Below, piece after piece: positions 9,044 through 19,452 of a stretch of 64,000 nucleotides of DNA. Origin of the DNA: Chitinophagales bacterium (lineage in GTDB: Bacteria > Bacteroidota > Bacteroidia > Chitinophagales > LD1). The notes below the pieces were generated by a model. It did not search any database. It saw only the letters and a program-made list of their open reading frames with translations, and was not told where the DNA came from. The position numbers and the translations under genes were made by a program. How positions within the stretch are numbered: the first letter of the stretch is position 1; each line of letters begins with the position of its first letter. Location: positions 299,355 to 363,354 of the forward strand of contig JAEUVA010000046.1 of NCBI GenBank assembly GCA_016787045.1, in the 5' to 3' direction.

Positions 9044-10842
9044 ACAATTTCTTCGGCAGCAGTAGCTACGGTAATGTTATTCTTACTCCTTAGCCGTTGG
9101 AGCAAGTAAACAGTTTTAGGCAACTCATATTCAAAATAATAGCCGCAGGCATGTTGCTTAGATTTCAAAAACTCTTGGGAGTAGGCCGCAGAAGATGCTG
9201 CTAACTTTTCGTTAGCAGAGGCACATTGTTTTAACCACTGCCAAGCCACGCAAACAATACCAAATGCCTCTAAGTACAATGTAGCATCACTCAAAAATAC
9301 TTCCGCGCCTTTACTTTGTGCTTTAGCAAGCAGTTCAAACGTAGTTTGCTGTAAATCGTTCAAAACAGATTTCAAAGAACTAACATACGGCTGCAACAAT
9401 TGATGTTGTGCCGCTCGCTTCATGTCCTCTGCTATCTCTCTCAAAAGCAACTGTACAGCTTTACCATTTTGCATTGTAACTTTGCGCCCGAGTAAATCCA
9501 TACCATGTATGGCTGTAGTGCCTTCGTGCAGGGTGTGTATGCGAGTTTCGCGAAAAAACAACTCTGCCATAAAATCTTTGGTAAACCCATAGCCACCAAA
9601 ACACTGCAAGGCAGCGCTGGTGGTTTGTATGCTCATTTCTGCCGGATACGATTTTACTATTGGTGTAAGTATTTCTAACAGCAGAAAGTACTTTTCTTTC
9701 TCTTCGCCTACTGTGGCTTTCCACATGTCAAAGTACCAGGTAGATTGCATACAAAGCGATAATGAGCCTTCTACAATTGATTTTTGAAAGAGCAACATGC
9801 GCTTAACATCAGCATGGTTAATGATTTCGGTTTGAGGTTTTACCGGGTCTTTATCTGTAATTTTACGCCCCTGCTTACGCACTTTGGTATATTGTAATGA
9901 ATGATAATATGCGGCAGAAGCAATGGCCACCGCACTCATACCCACCCCTATCCGGGCTTCATTCATCATTTGAAACATATAGCTCAATCCTTTATGCTCC
10001 TCGCCCACCAAATAGCCGTGGCAATCTTCTTTTTCGCCCATTATCAGGTGCGCAATAGGAGCACCGTGGTAACCCATTTTATGAAACAAACCTGCGGTGC
10101 TCACATCGTTACTTACCAAACTGCCAGACGCATCTATTCGTTTTTGGGGAACAACAAAAAGAGAAATTCCTTTGGTGCCAGCCGGTGCACCTTTTATACG
10201 CGCCAGCATCAGGTGCACTACATTATCGCAAGCATCATGGTCACCGCAACTGATAAATATTTTTTGACCTTTGATTAAGTAATGCCCGCTTGCAGTTTTC
10301 TCTGCCGTGGTTACAATATCTGACAACGAGCTACCCGCCTCCGGCTCAGTAAGCGCCATAGTACCCTGCCACTCGCCTGAGTAAATTTTTGGAATAAACT
10401 GTTGTTGCAAATCTTTGGTGGCAAACGATTCAATGAGATGTGCCGCTCCATTGCTCAAAAACGGATACGCCATAGTGGAATAATTAGCTGCTGCAAAAAT
10501 GAATCCTACAGCTTGCAGCAGGGTAAATGGTGCGTGCAAACCACCATGTTCTTGCGGTGCGCTCATGCTTATCCAACCATCATCACCAAATTTTTTCATA
10601 AGCGAGCGCATGGCCGGGTGTACGGTTATTTTGCCGTTGACCAACTGCGGAGGATTTCTATCCATCTCCATTAGAATGGGTCGCAAATGCTTTGTGGCCA
10701 AGCTATCGGCTGCTTCCAGCATCATGTCAAAACCCTCCGTGGTGTGGTGGTTATACCGCCCTAACTTACATAGTTCGCTGATGTCAAAAACTCCGTTCAG
10801 CAAAAAATGCAAATTCTCTTTTGAATAAAATATTTCGCTCAT
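9040..10842 (-). CDS. Long-form acyl-CoA dehydrogenase
   Basis: 600 aa. ACAD signature 'ALTEPEAGSSLSD' and an extended C-terminal domain. Confidence 0.85.
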   Translation of the reverse strand: MSEIFYSKENLHFLLNGVFDISELCKLGRYNHHTTEGFDMMLEAADSLATKHLRPILMEMDRNPPQLVNGKITVHPAMRSLMKKFGDDGWISMSAPQEHGGLHAPFTLLQAVGFIFAAANYSTMAYPFLSNGAAHLIESFATKDLQQQFIPKIYSGEWQGTMALTEPEAGSSLSDIVTTAEKTASGHYLIKGQKIFISCGDHDACDNVVHLMLARIKGAPAGTKGISLFVVPQKRIDASGSLVSNDVSTAGLFHKMGYHGAPIAHLIMGEKEDCHGYLVGEEHKGLSYMFQMMNEARIGVGMSAVAIASAAYYHSLQYTKVRKQGRKITDKDPVKPQTEIINHADVKRMLLFQKSIVEGSLSLCMQSTWYFDMWKATVGEEKEKYFLLLEILTPIVKSYPAEMSIQTTSAALQCFGGYGFTKDFMAELFFRETRIHTLHEGTTAIHGMDLLGRKVTMQNGKAVQLLLREIAEDMKRAAQHQLLQPYVSSLKSVLNDLQQTTFELLAKAQSKGAEVFLSDATLYLEAFGIVCVAWQWLKQCASANEKLAASSAAYSQEFLKSKQHACGYYFEYELPKTVYLLQRLRSKNNITVATAAEEIV

Positions 10843-10849
10843 ACGTAAT

Positions 10850-11650
10850 TTATGCTAAGCGTGCGTTAGAAATAATTTTTGAAAATAATCCGGGGAAAAA
10901 TCTTTTCACCCATACTGCCATTCGCTCTTTGAATCCGGCTAACAAAATTTCTTCTTTACCGGCCAACGCTGCATTCACAATATCTTTAGCCACTTGTTTA
11001 GGGTCTAAACCCTGCTCAATCATAGGGCTTTGTTTATTGATAGGTTTACCCTCCTTATCAAGCGAGTTTTTAGCCACATTGGTTCGTACAAAACCAGGGC
11101 AAACCAGTAAAACCTTTATTCCGCTTTTTCCATACTCTGCTCGCAGGGTATCAAAAAAACCATGCAGTGCATGTTTGCTGGCGTTGTAGGCCGCTTGTTT
11201 AGCGGTTACAATTTTACCTAGAATGCTGCTTACAACAATTATCTGCCCCTGCTTTTGCTGCAGCATGTATGGCAGTACCGCTTTAGTCAGAGATGCACTC
11301 CCCATAAAGTTGGTATTCATAATAGTGCTGAGCACATCCATACTCATATCATTAATGCGAGTCCAGTGGCTAAGACCTGCATTGTTAACGAGCACATCTA
11401 TCTTTCCAAATTTTTCTAATACAATTTTTACTTTTTCTGTTGCCTCATTAATTTTTGAAACGTCCATAGGCAATAACAAAATGTTACCTGCTGCTGTGTT
11501 GCAACCTTTTTTTACCCGTTCCAACTCCTCTTGTCTGCGGGCGCTTAACACCAGCTTTGCACCGTGTGAAGCAAATTCGTAAGCAAGTGCCTCACCAATA
11601 CCGGAAGATGCCCCGGTAATCCATACAATTTTATTCTCTAATTGTGCCAT
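10850..11650 (-). CDS. SDR-family oxidoreductase
   Basis: 'TGASSGIGEA' cofactor motif and catalytic 'YNASKHA'. Confidence 0.85.
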   Translation of the reverse strand: MAQLENKIVWITGASSGIGEALAYEFASHGAKLVLSARRQEELERVKKGCNTAAGNILLLPMDVSKINEATEKVKIVLEKFGKIDVLVNNAGLSHWTRINDMSMDVLSTIMNTNFMGSASLTKAVLPYMLQQKQGQIIVVSSILGKIVTAKQAAYNASKHALHGFFDTLRAEYGKSGIKVLLVCPGFVRTNVAKNSLDKEGKPINKQSPMIEQGLDPKQVAKDIVNAALAGKEEILLAGFKERMAVWVKRFFPGLFSKIISNARLA

Positions 11651-11715
11651 AGTGTGTATTTAGAGTGAAAATAAAATTTGCGCTTAAAGGTTCACTACAC
11701 TATTATATTCGCCAC

Positions 11716-13653
11716 ATGTCCTTACAGGAAAAAATACAGGAGCAAGTATTGCAGTTGCAAGGCCCCATCGTGGTTTTTGGTGCCGGTGGGTTTATTGGCG
11801 CAAATTTGGTGCGGGCTATCCTCCAACACCGCAACGATGTTTTTGCGGTTACCAGCAAGCCCTTTGTGCCCTGGCGTTTAGATGATATACCGACCAACCA
11901 TATTTTGCATTGCAACATCACTAACAAAAATCAGATAGAAGATTTGTTTGGCCGACATGCGTTTAAAACCATTTTTGATTTAGCGGCTTATGGTGCTTAT
12001 AGTAAACAAAGCGATGTTGAACTAACATATGACACGAACCTTAATGGACTACTCAACTTATTAGAAATTTCTTCTCAGTATTCCATACGTGCTTTTATAC
12101 ATGCCGGCAGTTCCAGTGAGTATGGTCTAAATGCAGCAGCACCTAAAGAGGATGCTCCACTTTTACCCAACTCACATTATGCAGTTACAAAAGTAGCCGC
12201 TGCACATCTTATTAAGTATTACGGTATTCTGAAAGAAGTGCCGGTGGCAAACCTGCGCTACTACTCTATTTATGGCGCCTTTGAAGAACCGGATCGATTG
12301 ATACCGCGCCTGATTGAAGAGGGCATTAAGCAAACGTATCCGCCCTTAGTACAGCCCGATATTTCGCGCGATTTTGTGTACATTGACGATGCCGTATTTG
12401 CTACACTTTTAGCCGCTAATCAGATTGGGAAGGTGATAGGGGAAAGCATCAACATTGCCAGCGGACAAAAAACCACCATTCAGCAGTTAGCAGACACAGT
12501 AAAAGAAATTTTTCAGATACCCACATCACCGCAATGGGGCGATTTTCCAAACCGCAAATGGGATTTGAAAGATTGGTATGGCGATGCCACTTTAGCCATA
12601 GAAAAGTTAGGCTGGCAAAACGCTACCTCGCTCAAAGATGGATTACAAAAAACATACGAGTGGCAAAAAAGCTACTCTAAGCCACTGTACGAAAAAAAGT
12701 TAGCACAAGACAAAATCCGCCACAAGTTATCGGCAGTTATTGCCTGCTATAAAGATGCAGAAGCCATACCTTATATGCACGAGCGGCTGACCAACACATT
12801 CAAAAAAATTGGTGTGGATTATGAAATCATTTTTGTGAATGATGCCAGCCCGGATCACGCTGCAGATGTTTTGCAGCAGTTGGTCAATCGCGATAACCAA
12901 GTAATAGCTATTGAACACTCGCGCAATTTTGGTTCACAGGCGGCTTTTCTTTCGGGCATGGAAATTTCTACCGGTAATGGTGTAATACTCTTAGATGGTG
13001 ATTTACAAGACCCGCCCGAACTAATAGAAGATTTCTACAAAAAATATTTAGAGGGCTTTGACATTGTGTATGGCCGTAGAGTAGCTCGCGAAGGCAACCA
13101 AACACTAGCGGTTTTTTACAAAATCTTTTACCGCCTTTTTCGCAGCGTCAGCTATGTACCTATACCCTTAGATGCCGGTGATTTTAGTTTGATGGATCGT
13201 AAAGTAGTAGATGAGTTGGTAAAAATGCCGGAGACCGACCAGTTTATGCGTGGTCTGCGTGCCTGGGTGGGCTTTAAGCAAACCGGTGTGGACTATGTAA
13301 GGCCCGAAAGAATGTTTGGTGTAACCACTAATAACTGGCGCAAAAACATGGCTTGGGCGCGTAAGGCCATTTTCAGTTTTAGTTTTGTTCCACTTGAGCT
13401 ATTGACCTATGTAGGTTGGTCGCTTACTGCGTTTTCGTTTATTGCAATCGTATTACAAATTATACTATACTTCGTAATGCCCGGCAACCCGCACGGCATT
13501 ACCACCATTATTGTATTGATTTTGTTTTTTGGCGGACTAAACATGTTAGCTATTTCTATTATTGGTGAATATCAAGCCAAAATTTTAGAGGAGACCAAAC
13601 GGAGACCTAAATTTATCAGACGCAATATTTTGCGCAAAGAATCCGGAAGGTAA
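11716..13653 (+). CDS. Fusion protein: NAD-dependent sugar epimerase/dehydratase (N-terminal) plus GT2 polyprenyl-phosphate glycosyltransferase (C-terminal)
   Basis: N-terminal half has 'GAGGFIGANLV' and 'YAVTK'. C-terminal half has 'IIFVNDASPD', 'LDGDLQDPPE' (GtrB/ArnC/DPM1-like) and two terminal TM helices. ATG at 11716 is preferred over GTG at 11665. Confidence 0.75.
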   Translation: MSLQEKIQEQVLQLQGPIVVFGAGGFIGANLVRAILQHRNDVFAVTSKPFVPWRLDDIPTNHILHCNITNKNQIEDLFGRHAFKTIFDLAAYGAYSKQSDVELTYDTNLNGLLNLLEISSQYSIRAFIHAGSSSEYGLNAAAPKEDAPLLPNSHYAVTKVAAAHLIKYYGILKEVPVANLRYYSIYGAFEEPDRLIPRLIEEGIKQTYPPLVQPDISRDFVYIDDAVFATLLAANQIGKVIGESINIASGQKTTIQQLADTVKEIFQIPTSPQWGDFPNRKWDLKDWYGDATLAIEKLGWQNATSLKDGLQKTYEWQKSYSKPLYEKKLAQDKIRHKLSAVIACYKDAEAIPYMHERLTNTFKKIGVDYEIIFVNDASPDHAADVLQQLVNRDNQVIAIEHSRNFGSQAAFLSGMEISTGNGVILLDGDLQDPPELIEDFYKKYLEGFDIVYGRRVAREGNQTLAVFYKIFYRLFRSVSYVPIPLDAGDFSLMDRKVVDELVKMPETDQFMRGLRAWVGFKQTGVDYVRPERMFGVTTNNWRKNMAWARKAIFSFSFVPLELLTYVGWSLTAFSFIAIVLQIILYFVMPGNPHGITTIIVLILFFGGLNMLAISIIGEYQAKILEETKRRPKFIRRNILRKESGR

Positions 13654-13664
13654 AACGGCAATCA

Positions 13665-14963
13665 ATGATGGCCGCATTACAAATACTGCTCTACTTCTTT
13701 TGGCTTTACTTCCTGGTCAAGATAGTAAGGCAGCACTATTTTTTTCGCTCTTCGGGTGTTTCGCCAAACGCACTCACCACTTTTTTTTTATTTAAAGTGT
13801 TAGCCGGTATTGCGCTCACACTCCTCTACACATATTACTACACCGACAAAACCAAATCTGACATTTGGCGTTACTTTTCAGATAGTGTCATCATCAGCAA
13901 ATTGTTTTTCAGCCATACAAAAGTTTGGTTGCAGGTCATCAGTGGTTGGGGATTAAATGAGCCGGAAGTGTTCAGGCATATTCTGAATACGCAAAACTTC
14001 AGCCATCCGGAAAGTGATTTTGTAACAAACAATGCATTTATTATACGCGTTGTTTCTGTACTAAATATACTTACGGCACACTCCATATATGCCAATACAT
14101 TAATATTTAATTTCTTAAGTTTTGTGGGCTTTACTGCGCTTTACAGGGCTTTTTCTACTTTCTTTAAAGCATACAATAGAATGTTGCTGGCCGCGTTTTT
14201 CCTTCTGCCATCGGTAGTTTTTTGGAGTAGCGGTTTATTAAAAGACGCATTCATTTTTGGGAGCATGGGGATGCTGTTTTACTGTTGGCTACATACATCA
14301 CTACCGGCCGCTAAACGCATTGCTTACCTCCTATTTTTTGCATCGGTTTTGCTGCTATCTAAACTGCAAGTATTGTTAATGGCCGCTGCTCTGTTACCGA
14401 TTTTACCTACACCATTTATCCGCATAAACAATAAATGGATTATGGTCATGATAGTAAGCTACGCAGTAGCACTTTTTGCATTACGAGAACACATAGTGTC
14501 TCTGTTATGTGACCGCAGAAACCAGTTTATTGAACTGGGCATGCAGGAACAAGCAGGAAGTTTATTTAGCACCGTCCCCTGCGAGAGCTCTAACACGCTT
14601 TTACAAATGACACATGGGTTTGTGGATGGCTTGCTACAACCTTTTTTATGGAACACCGCAACATACATGAATACTTTAGCCGGAATTGAAAACTGGCTTA
14701 TACTAGGTATCTCTTTAGCAGTATGGATTAGATACGCCTCTGCAAAGCATATTAACTACCGCTTGGCTGTGTTTTGTTTTACATTTTGCATAGTCAATTT
14801 AACCATTATTGGTACTACTGTGCCAATAGCTGGAGCGCTGGTGCATTACCGCACAATTTCCATTCCCTTTCTAATTATTGGTGTGTTGAGCACAGTTAAT
14901 TTAGAGAAATTTAAATATGATATAAATCGTTTCTTAACGCTCATTTTTCCAACTAAATCCTGA
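13665..14963 (+). CDS. Polytopic membrane protein of unknown function
   Basis: About 10-12 predicted TM helices. It starts 11 nt after the fused epimerase/GT2 gene. No named family recognised. Confidence 0.5.
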   Translation: MMAALQILLYFFWLYFLVKIVRQHYFFRSSGVSPNALTTFFLFKVLAGIALTLLYTYYYTDKTKSDIWRYFSDSVIISKLFFSHTKVWLQVISGWGLNEPEVFRHILNTQNFSHPESDFVTNNAFIIRVVSVLNILTAHSIYANTLIFNFLSFVGFTALYRAFSTFFKAYNRMLLAAFFLLPSVVFWSSGLLKDAFIFGSMGMLFYCWLHTSLPAAKRIAYLLFFASVLLLSKLQVLLMAAALLPILPTPFIRINNKWIMVMIVSYAVALFALREHIVSLLCDRRNQFIELGMQEQAGSLFSTVPCESSNTLLQMTHGFVDGLLQPFLWNTATYMNTLAGIENWLILGISLAVWIRYASAKHINYRLAVFCFTFCIVNLTIIGTTVPIAGALVHYRTISIPFLIIGVLSTVNLEKFKYDINRFLTLIFPTKS

Positions 14964-15096
14964 AAATTCTTACAATTCAATCAACAATCTACTCATTTTT
15001 ATCCTAAAAATATACCATTGTGCATAAATTTTGAGCAATTTGGTAAGAATTGTAAACCAATAATTTACTTTTGCGCGCCATAAAACCAACCCTCTA

Positions 15097-17289
15097 ATGA
15101 GTAACGCACGCAAAAATGCACTCCAAACCGTGGTCAACCGCGAAGTGGTATCACCACGAATAGCCGGAACCAAAGTTTCTGACTACTACGCTTCAAATGT
15201 ATTTAATGATGCCGCCATGCGCGAGTATTTATCAGAAGATGCGTATAAAGCCGTAAAATCTGCCATGCAATCGGGCACTAAAATCAGCCGAGAAATTGCC
15301 GATGCTGTAGCTGCCGGTATGAAATCATGGGCTATGAGCAAAGGGGCCAACTCCTATACACACTGGTTTCAACCCCTCACCGGTTTAACAGCCGAAAAAC
15401 ACGATATGTTTTTTACGCCTAAAGGCGATGGAGCCATTGAAGTATTTAGCGGTGATGCCTTAGTGCAACAAGAGCCAGATGCTTCTTCTTTCCCGAGCGG
15501 TGGTATCCGTGCTACTTTTGAAGCCCGTGGTTATACGGCTTGGGATCCGGGTTCGCCCGCTTTTATTATGGAAATTGGCGATGGCAAAACATTGTGTATT
15601 CCTACCATATTTATTTCGTACACCGGTGAATCGCTTGATTTTAAAGCGCCTCTGCTCAAGTCTTCACACTTATTAGAAGAGGCAGCACTGCCAGTAGTGC
15701 ACATGTTTGATAAAGAGGCCACAAAAGTAACTGCTACCTTAGGTTGGGAGCAAGAGTACTTTTTGATTGACGAGGCACTGTTTTATCAACGCCCGGATTT
15801 AATGTTTGCCGGACGTACCTTACTAGGTGCTGCACCACAAAAAGGCCAGCAGTTTGAAGACCATTACTTTGGTTCTATTCCTGAGCGGGTGTATGCCTTT
15901 ATGTTAGACTTAGAAACAGAGTGCCACAAATTGGGCATACCGGTGCGCACCCGCCACAATGAAGTAGCACCCGCACAGTTTGAGTGCGCTCCGATGTTTG
16001 AAGAAGTTAACGTAGCTGTTGACCACAACTCTTTGCTGATGGATTTGATGGAGCGTGTGGCTCGCAGGCACAAACTGCGTGTGCTATTGCACGAAAAACC
16101 ATTTGCAGGAATCAACGGCAGTGGCAAGCACAACAACTGGAGTATGGGTACCGATACCGGCAAAAACCTGCTTTCTCCCGGCAAAACACCAAAAAACAAC
16201 ATCCTGTTTTTAACTATATTTGTAAACGTAGTAAAAGCGGTAAGCGAGTATGCCGACTTGTTGCGTGCATCTATTGCCTCTGCCAATAATGACCACCGCC
16301 TTGGAGCCAACGAAGCACCTCCGGCTATCATTTCAGTATTTACCGGCTCTTACATGAGAGATGTATTGAGCGAAATTGAAAAGCGTGTTTCTAAAGATAA
16401 ATACGATGAGCTTTCTAACGCCAATTTGAAGTTGGATATCCACAACAAAATACCTGATGTACTTTTAGACAACACCGACCGAAACCGTACTTCGCCATTT
16501 GCCTTTACCGGAAACAAATTTGAATTCCGTGCTGTGGGCTCCTCAGCTAACTGTGCACTGCCTATGACTATAATGAATGCCATTGTAGCCAAACAGTTGC
16601 AAAAATTTAAAGCGGAAGTTGACAAACTAGTGAAAGGCGGTGAGACAAAAGATGGCGCCATCATGCGTGTACTGCGTCAATATATTTCTGATTCTAAAAA
16701 TATATTGTTTGAAGGCGATGGCTATAGCGATGCATGGGAAAAAGAAGCTAAAAAACGTGGGTTGAGCAATGTAAAAACCACCCCTTACGCTTTAGATTTT
16801 TACACCAGCAAAAAAGCAAAAGAAGTATTGGTAGATACCGGCATTTACTCTCAGCGCGAGTTAGAGGCAAGAGTAGAGGTATTTCATCACAACTATATTC
16901 TTAAAATTGATACAGAATCAAGAATACTGGCTGATATGGCTACCAACCAAGTAGTACCGGTGGCACTTGATTACATGAATAAGTTGATAGCTAACATCAA
17001 AGGGTTAAAAGAATTAGGTGTAGCTGCAACAGCTTCTAAGGCACAAAAAGAAATTGTATCTGAAATTGCAGTTCATGTTAATGCCATTAAAGTAGCGGTG
17101 GACAAAATGAACGCTGCTCGCGAAAAAGCCCACCATGCCAAGTCTAATGCAGATGCCAGCAAAAACTACTGCGATAAAGTAAAACCATACTTTGACGAAA
17201 TCAGAAACAGTGTAGATACATTGGAAACTTTGGTGGATGACAACTTGTGGACATTACCAAAGTACAGAGAGATGTTGTTTATCCGCTAA
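15097..17289 (+). CDS. Glutamine synthetase type III
   Basis: ~730 aa, the typical GSIII length. ATP-site motif 'KPFAGINGSGKHNNWS'. Confidence 0.9.
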   Translation: MSNARKNALQTVVNREVVSPRIAGTKVSDYYASNVFNDAAMREYLSEDAYKAVKSAMQSGTKISREIADAVAAGMKSWAMSKGANSYTHWFQPLTGLTAEKHDMFFTPKGDGAIEVFSGDALVQQEPDASSFPSGGIRATFEARGYTAWDPGSPAFIMEIGDGKTLCIPTIFISYTGESLDFKAPLLKSSHLLEEAALPVVHMFDKEATKVTATLGWEQEYFLIDEALFYQRPDLMFAGRTLLGAAPQKGQQFEDHYFGSIPERVYAFMLDLETECHKLGIPVRTRHNEVAPAQFECAPMFEEVNVAVDHNSLLMDLMERVARRHKLRVLLHEKPFAGINGSGKHNNWSMGTDTGKNLLSPGKTPKNNILFLTIFVNVVKAVSEYADLLRASIASANNDHRLGANEAPPAIISVFTGSYMRDVLSEIEKRVSKDKYDELSNANLKLDIHNKIPDVLLDNTDRNRTSPFAFTGNKFEFRAVGSSANCALPMTIMNAIVAKQLQKFKAEVDKLVKGGETKDGAIMRVLRQYISDSKNILFEGDGYSDAWEKEAKKRGLSNVKTTPYALDFYTSKKAKEVLVDTGIYSQRELEARVEVFHHNYILKIDTESRILADMATNQVVPVALDYMNKLIANIKGLKELGVAATASKAQKEIVSEIAVHVNAIKVAVDKMNAAREKAHHAKSNADASKNYCDKVKPYFDEIRNSVDTLETLVDDNLWTLPKYREMLFIR

Positions 17290-18270
17290 TTATTTGCCAA
17301 GCGGCACTACCGCTATTTGCGGATTAAACACACCGCTTACATACAATTTACCTTTCCAAATCAGCGCTGTAGATGCAGCGCTGATTTTTTTTCCGTTATC
17401 GTAAAAAATTGGAACGGTGGTTTTAGTGGTTGGGTTTATTCTAAACACCGTACTGGGCGATAATTTTTCAGCATTTTTGTAATGCTTCAAAAAAGCAACA
17501 AATCGTAAGTGTCCGGGCACAATCAACTCTTGCCCGTACAACCGGATGTTATCCGCGCCTTTCACTCGGCCTATCTCTACCCGATTAATCAACTTCTTGT
17601 TTTCTATATCAAACTGCCATACTTTATTTTGCATGGTAGAGGCAAGAAAAACCTTACCATTTTCATATTCAATACCATTGGCATAGCAATATCCCTCCGT
17701 GGCCACAGTGCAAACTGTATCGTGGCAATAAATAATTTGTCCGTGTTTTAGTTTAAAAAGAATTTCCCAAGCGTTGCCTTTTTTGCGTGCATCGTTGCTC
17801 ACTATAAAATCTCCGTTGGATAATCCACAAACAGCATTAGGCGAAACAATAAGTGGATGAACCGTTTTGCTGATAAAGCGCAATGTATCCGCATATACCT
17901 CATATTTCAATACAGAATTGATGTTGGTTTTATGCTCGTGATTAACCACCAGCAAAAACCATTTTTCGTTCACTTTTACCAAGTCTATACCATGCGGATT
18001 AAATGACAAATCAATCGGCTCATTTACTCTAACCAAAGGTGTTGTATATTGAGCCAAAGGGTAAAGCGCTTCAATTTCTCCGTAATCTTGTTCGCTTTTT
18101 CTACGAGCGCTGCAAGACACCAAGATACGGTCGTTCATGCTATCTATCACCATATCTTCGGGCCCTGGTCCGGAGTTTATGCTTTTGGCATCCGTTTGTA
18201 AATATTTAGGAAGCGTGTAACATGAATTAAGCAGTACGCACATTACTGCTGCGCCAAAAAGAGTTCTCAT
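17290..18270 (-). CDS. Beta-propeller lipoprotein, paraoxonase/arylesterase (SMP-30-like) type
   Basis: Signal with 'LLNSC'. 'GPEDMVID' and a repeated-blade-like sequence resemble the PON/arylesterase family. The assignment is tentative. Confidence 0.4.
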   Translation of the reverse strand: MRTLFGAAVMCVLLNSCYTLPKYLQTDAKSINSGPGPEDMVIDSMNDRILVSCSARRKSEQDYGEIEALYPLAQYTTPLVRVNEPIDLSFNPHGIDLVKVNEKWFLLVVNHEHKTNINSVLKYEVYADTLRFISKTVHPLIVSPNAVCGLSNGDFIVSNDARKKGNAWEILFKLKHGQIIYCHDTVCTVATEGYCYANGIEYENGKVFLASTMQNKVWQFDIENKKLINRVEIGRVKGADNIRLYGQELIVPGHLRFVAFLKHYKNAEKLSPSTVFRINPTTKTTVPIFYDNGKKISAASTALIWKGKLYVSGVFNPQIAVVPLGK

Positions 18271-18352
18271 TCTTCAAAAATAGCATTACAGACACTTGAA
18301 TTAGGCAAATTTTTAAATTGGGTTAGGTTTGCGCCCGCAAAAAAAATCTTGT

Positions 18353-19450
18353 ATGAGTTTACAGTGTGGTATAGTAGGATTGCCCAACGTAGGAAAATCA
18401 ACCTTATTCAACGCGCTATCCAGTGCAAAAGCCCAGGCAGCAAATTTTCCGTTTTGCACCATTGACCCCAATGTGGGTGTTGTAACTGTGCCCGATGCAC
18501 GTTTAAGAAAACTGGAAGAATTGGTAAAGCCACAGCGTGTGGTGCCCACCACCATTGAGTTTGTGGATATTGCCGGTTTGGTAAAAGGCGCCAGCAAAGG
18601 CGAAGGATTAGGCAATCAGTTTTTAGGAAATATACGTACGGTGGATGCTATTATTCATGTGGTGCGTTGTTTTGAAAACGAAAATATTATACACGTAGAT
18701 GGTTCGGTAAACCCCGTGCGCGATAAAGAAATTATTGATACCGAGTTGCAGTTAAAAGATTTAGAGAGCGTTGAGAAAAAACTGGACAAACTGCGCAAAA
18801 TGAGTAAGACAGGCGATAAGGAAACTTTGCGCGGTGCAGAAGTATTGGAGACCTATAAGAAACACTTAGAGAGCGGACAAAGTGCCCGCACAGCACCGGT
18901 TACCGAAGAAGATAAACGTTTTGTGGAAGACATACAGTTGCTTACTGCCAAGCCAGTAATTTACTGTTGCAATGTGGACGAAGGCAGTGTGGTAAACGGC
19001 AATCAATTTGTAGAAGAAATACGCGAAGTTGCCGCTACCGAAAATGCAGAGGTGGTAGTGATAAGCGCGGCTATTGAGGCAGATATAGCAGTGATGGAAA
19101 CAGCCGAAGAGCGCGACATGTTTTTGAGTGAGTTAGGACTTACAGAGAGCGGTTTAAACCGGCTGATAAGTGCAGCATATCATTTACTTGATTTACAAAC
19201 CTACTTTACTGCCGGAGAAAAAGAGGTACGCGCATGGACCATCCACAAAGGTTTCAAAGCACCGCAGGCAGCCGGAGTAATACACTCTGATTTTGAACGT
19301 GGGTTTATTCGGGCTGAAGTAATGGCATATAACGATTTTGTAACCCATAAAAGCGAAGCTGCTTGCCGCAGTGTAGGTAAACTTAGGTCAGAAGGTAAAG
19401 AATATGTTGTGCAAGATGGTGACATCATGCACTTCCTTTTCAACGTATAG
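18353..19450 (+). CDS. ychF: Redox-regulated ATPase YchF
   Basis: P-loop 'GIVGLPNVGKSTLFNAL'. C-terminal TGS-like 'EGKEYVVQDGDIMHFLFNV'. ATG at 18353. Confidence 0.9.
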   Translation: MSLQCGIVGLPNVGKSTLFNALSSAKAQAANFPFCTIDPNVGVVTVPDARLRKLEELVKPQRVVPTTIEFVDIAGLVKGASKGEGLGNQFLGNIRTVDAIIHVVRCFENENIIHVDGSVNPVRDKEIIDTELQLKDLESVEKKLDKLRKMSKTGDKETLRGAEVLETYKKHLESGQSARTAPVTEEDKRFVEDIQLLTAKPVIYCCNVDEGSVVNGNQFVEEIREVAATENAEVVVISAAIEADIAVMETAEERDMFLSELGLTESGLNRLISAAYHLLDLQTYFTAGEKEVRAWTIHKGFKAPQAAGVIHSDFERGFIRAEVMAYNDFVTHKSEAACRSVGKLRSEGKEYVVQDGDIMHFLFNV

Positions 19451-19452
19451 CG

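Noticed and set aside
9901-11582. ORFs of 109-125 aa on the + strand (9901..10278, 10499..10828, 10821..11189, 11223..11582).
   Set aside because: They are antisense shadows inside the well-supported acyl-CoA dehydrogenase and SDR genes. No motifs, and Ser/Cys/Arg-rich composition typical of wrong-strand frames.
15864-16664. ORFs of 155 aa and 104 aa on the minus strand inside the glutamine synthetase III gene.
   Set aside because: They are antisense to a strongly supported gene. The same reasoning applies to 27938..28378 (in rny), 34039..34521 (in the DUF5686-like gene), 48475..48867, 32950..33312, 20182..20529, 22455..22796 and 61968..62300 (in era).
18313-18615. A 100-aa minus-strand ORF overlapping the ychF start.
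   Set aside because: It is antisense to the conserved P-loop region of ychF and has no independent support.
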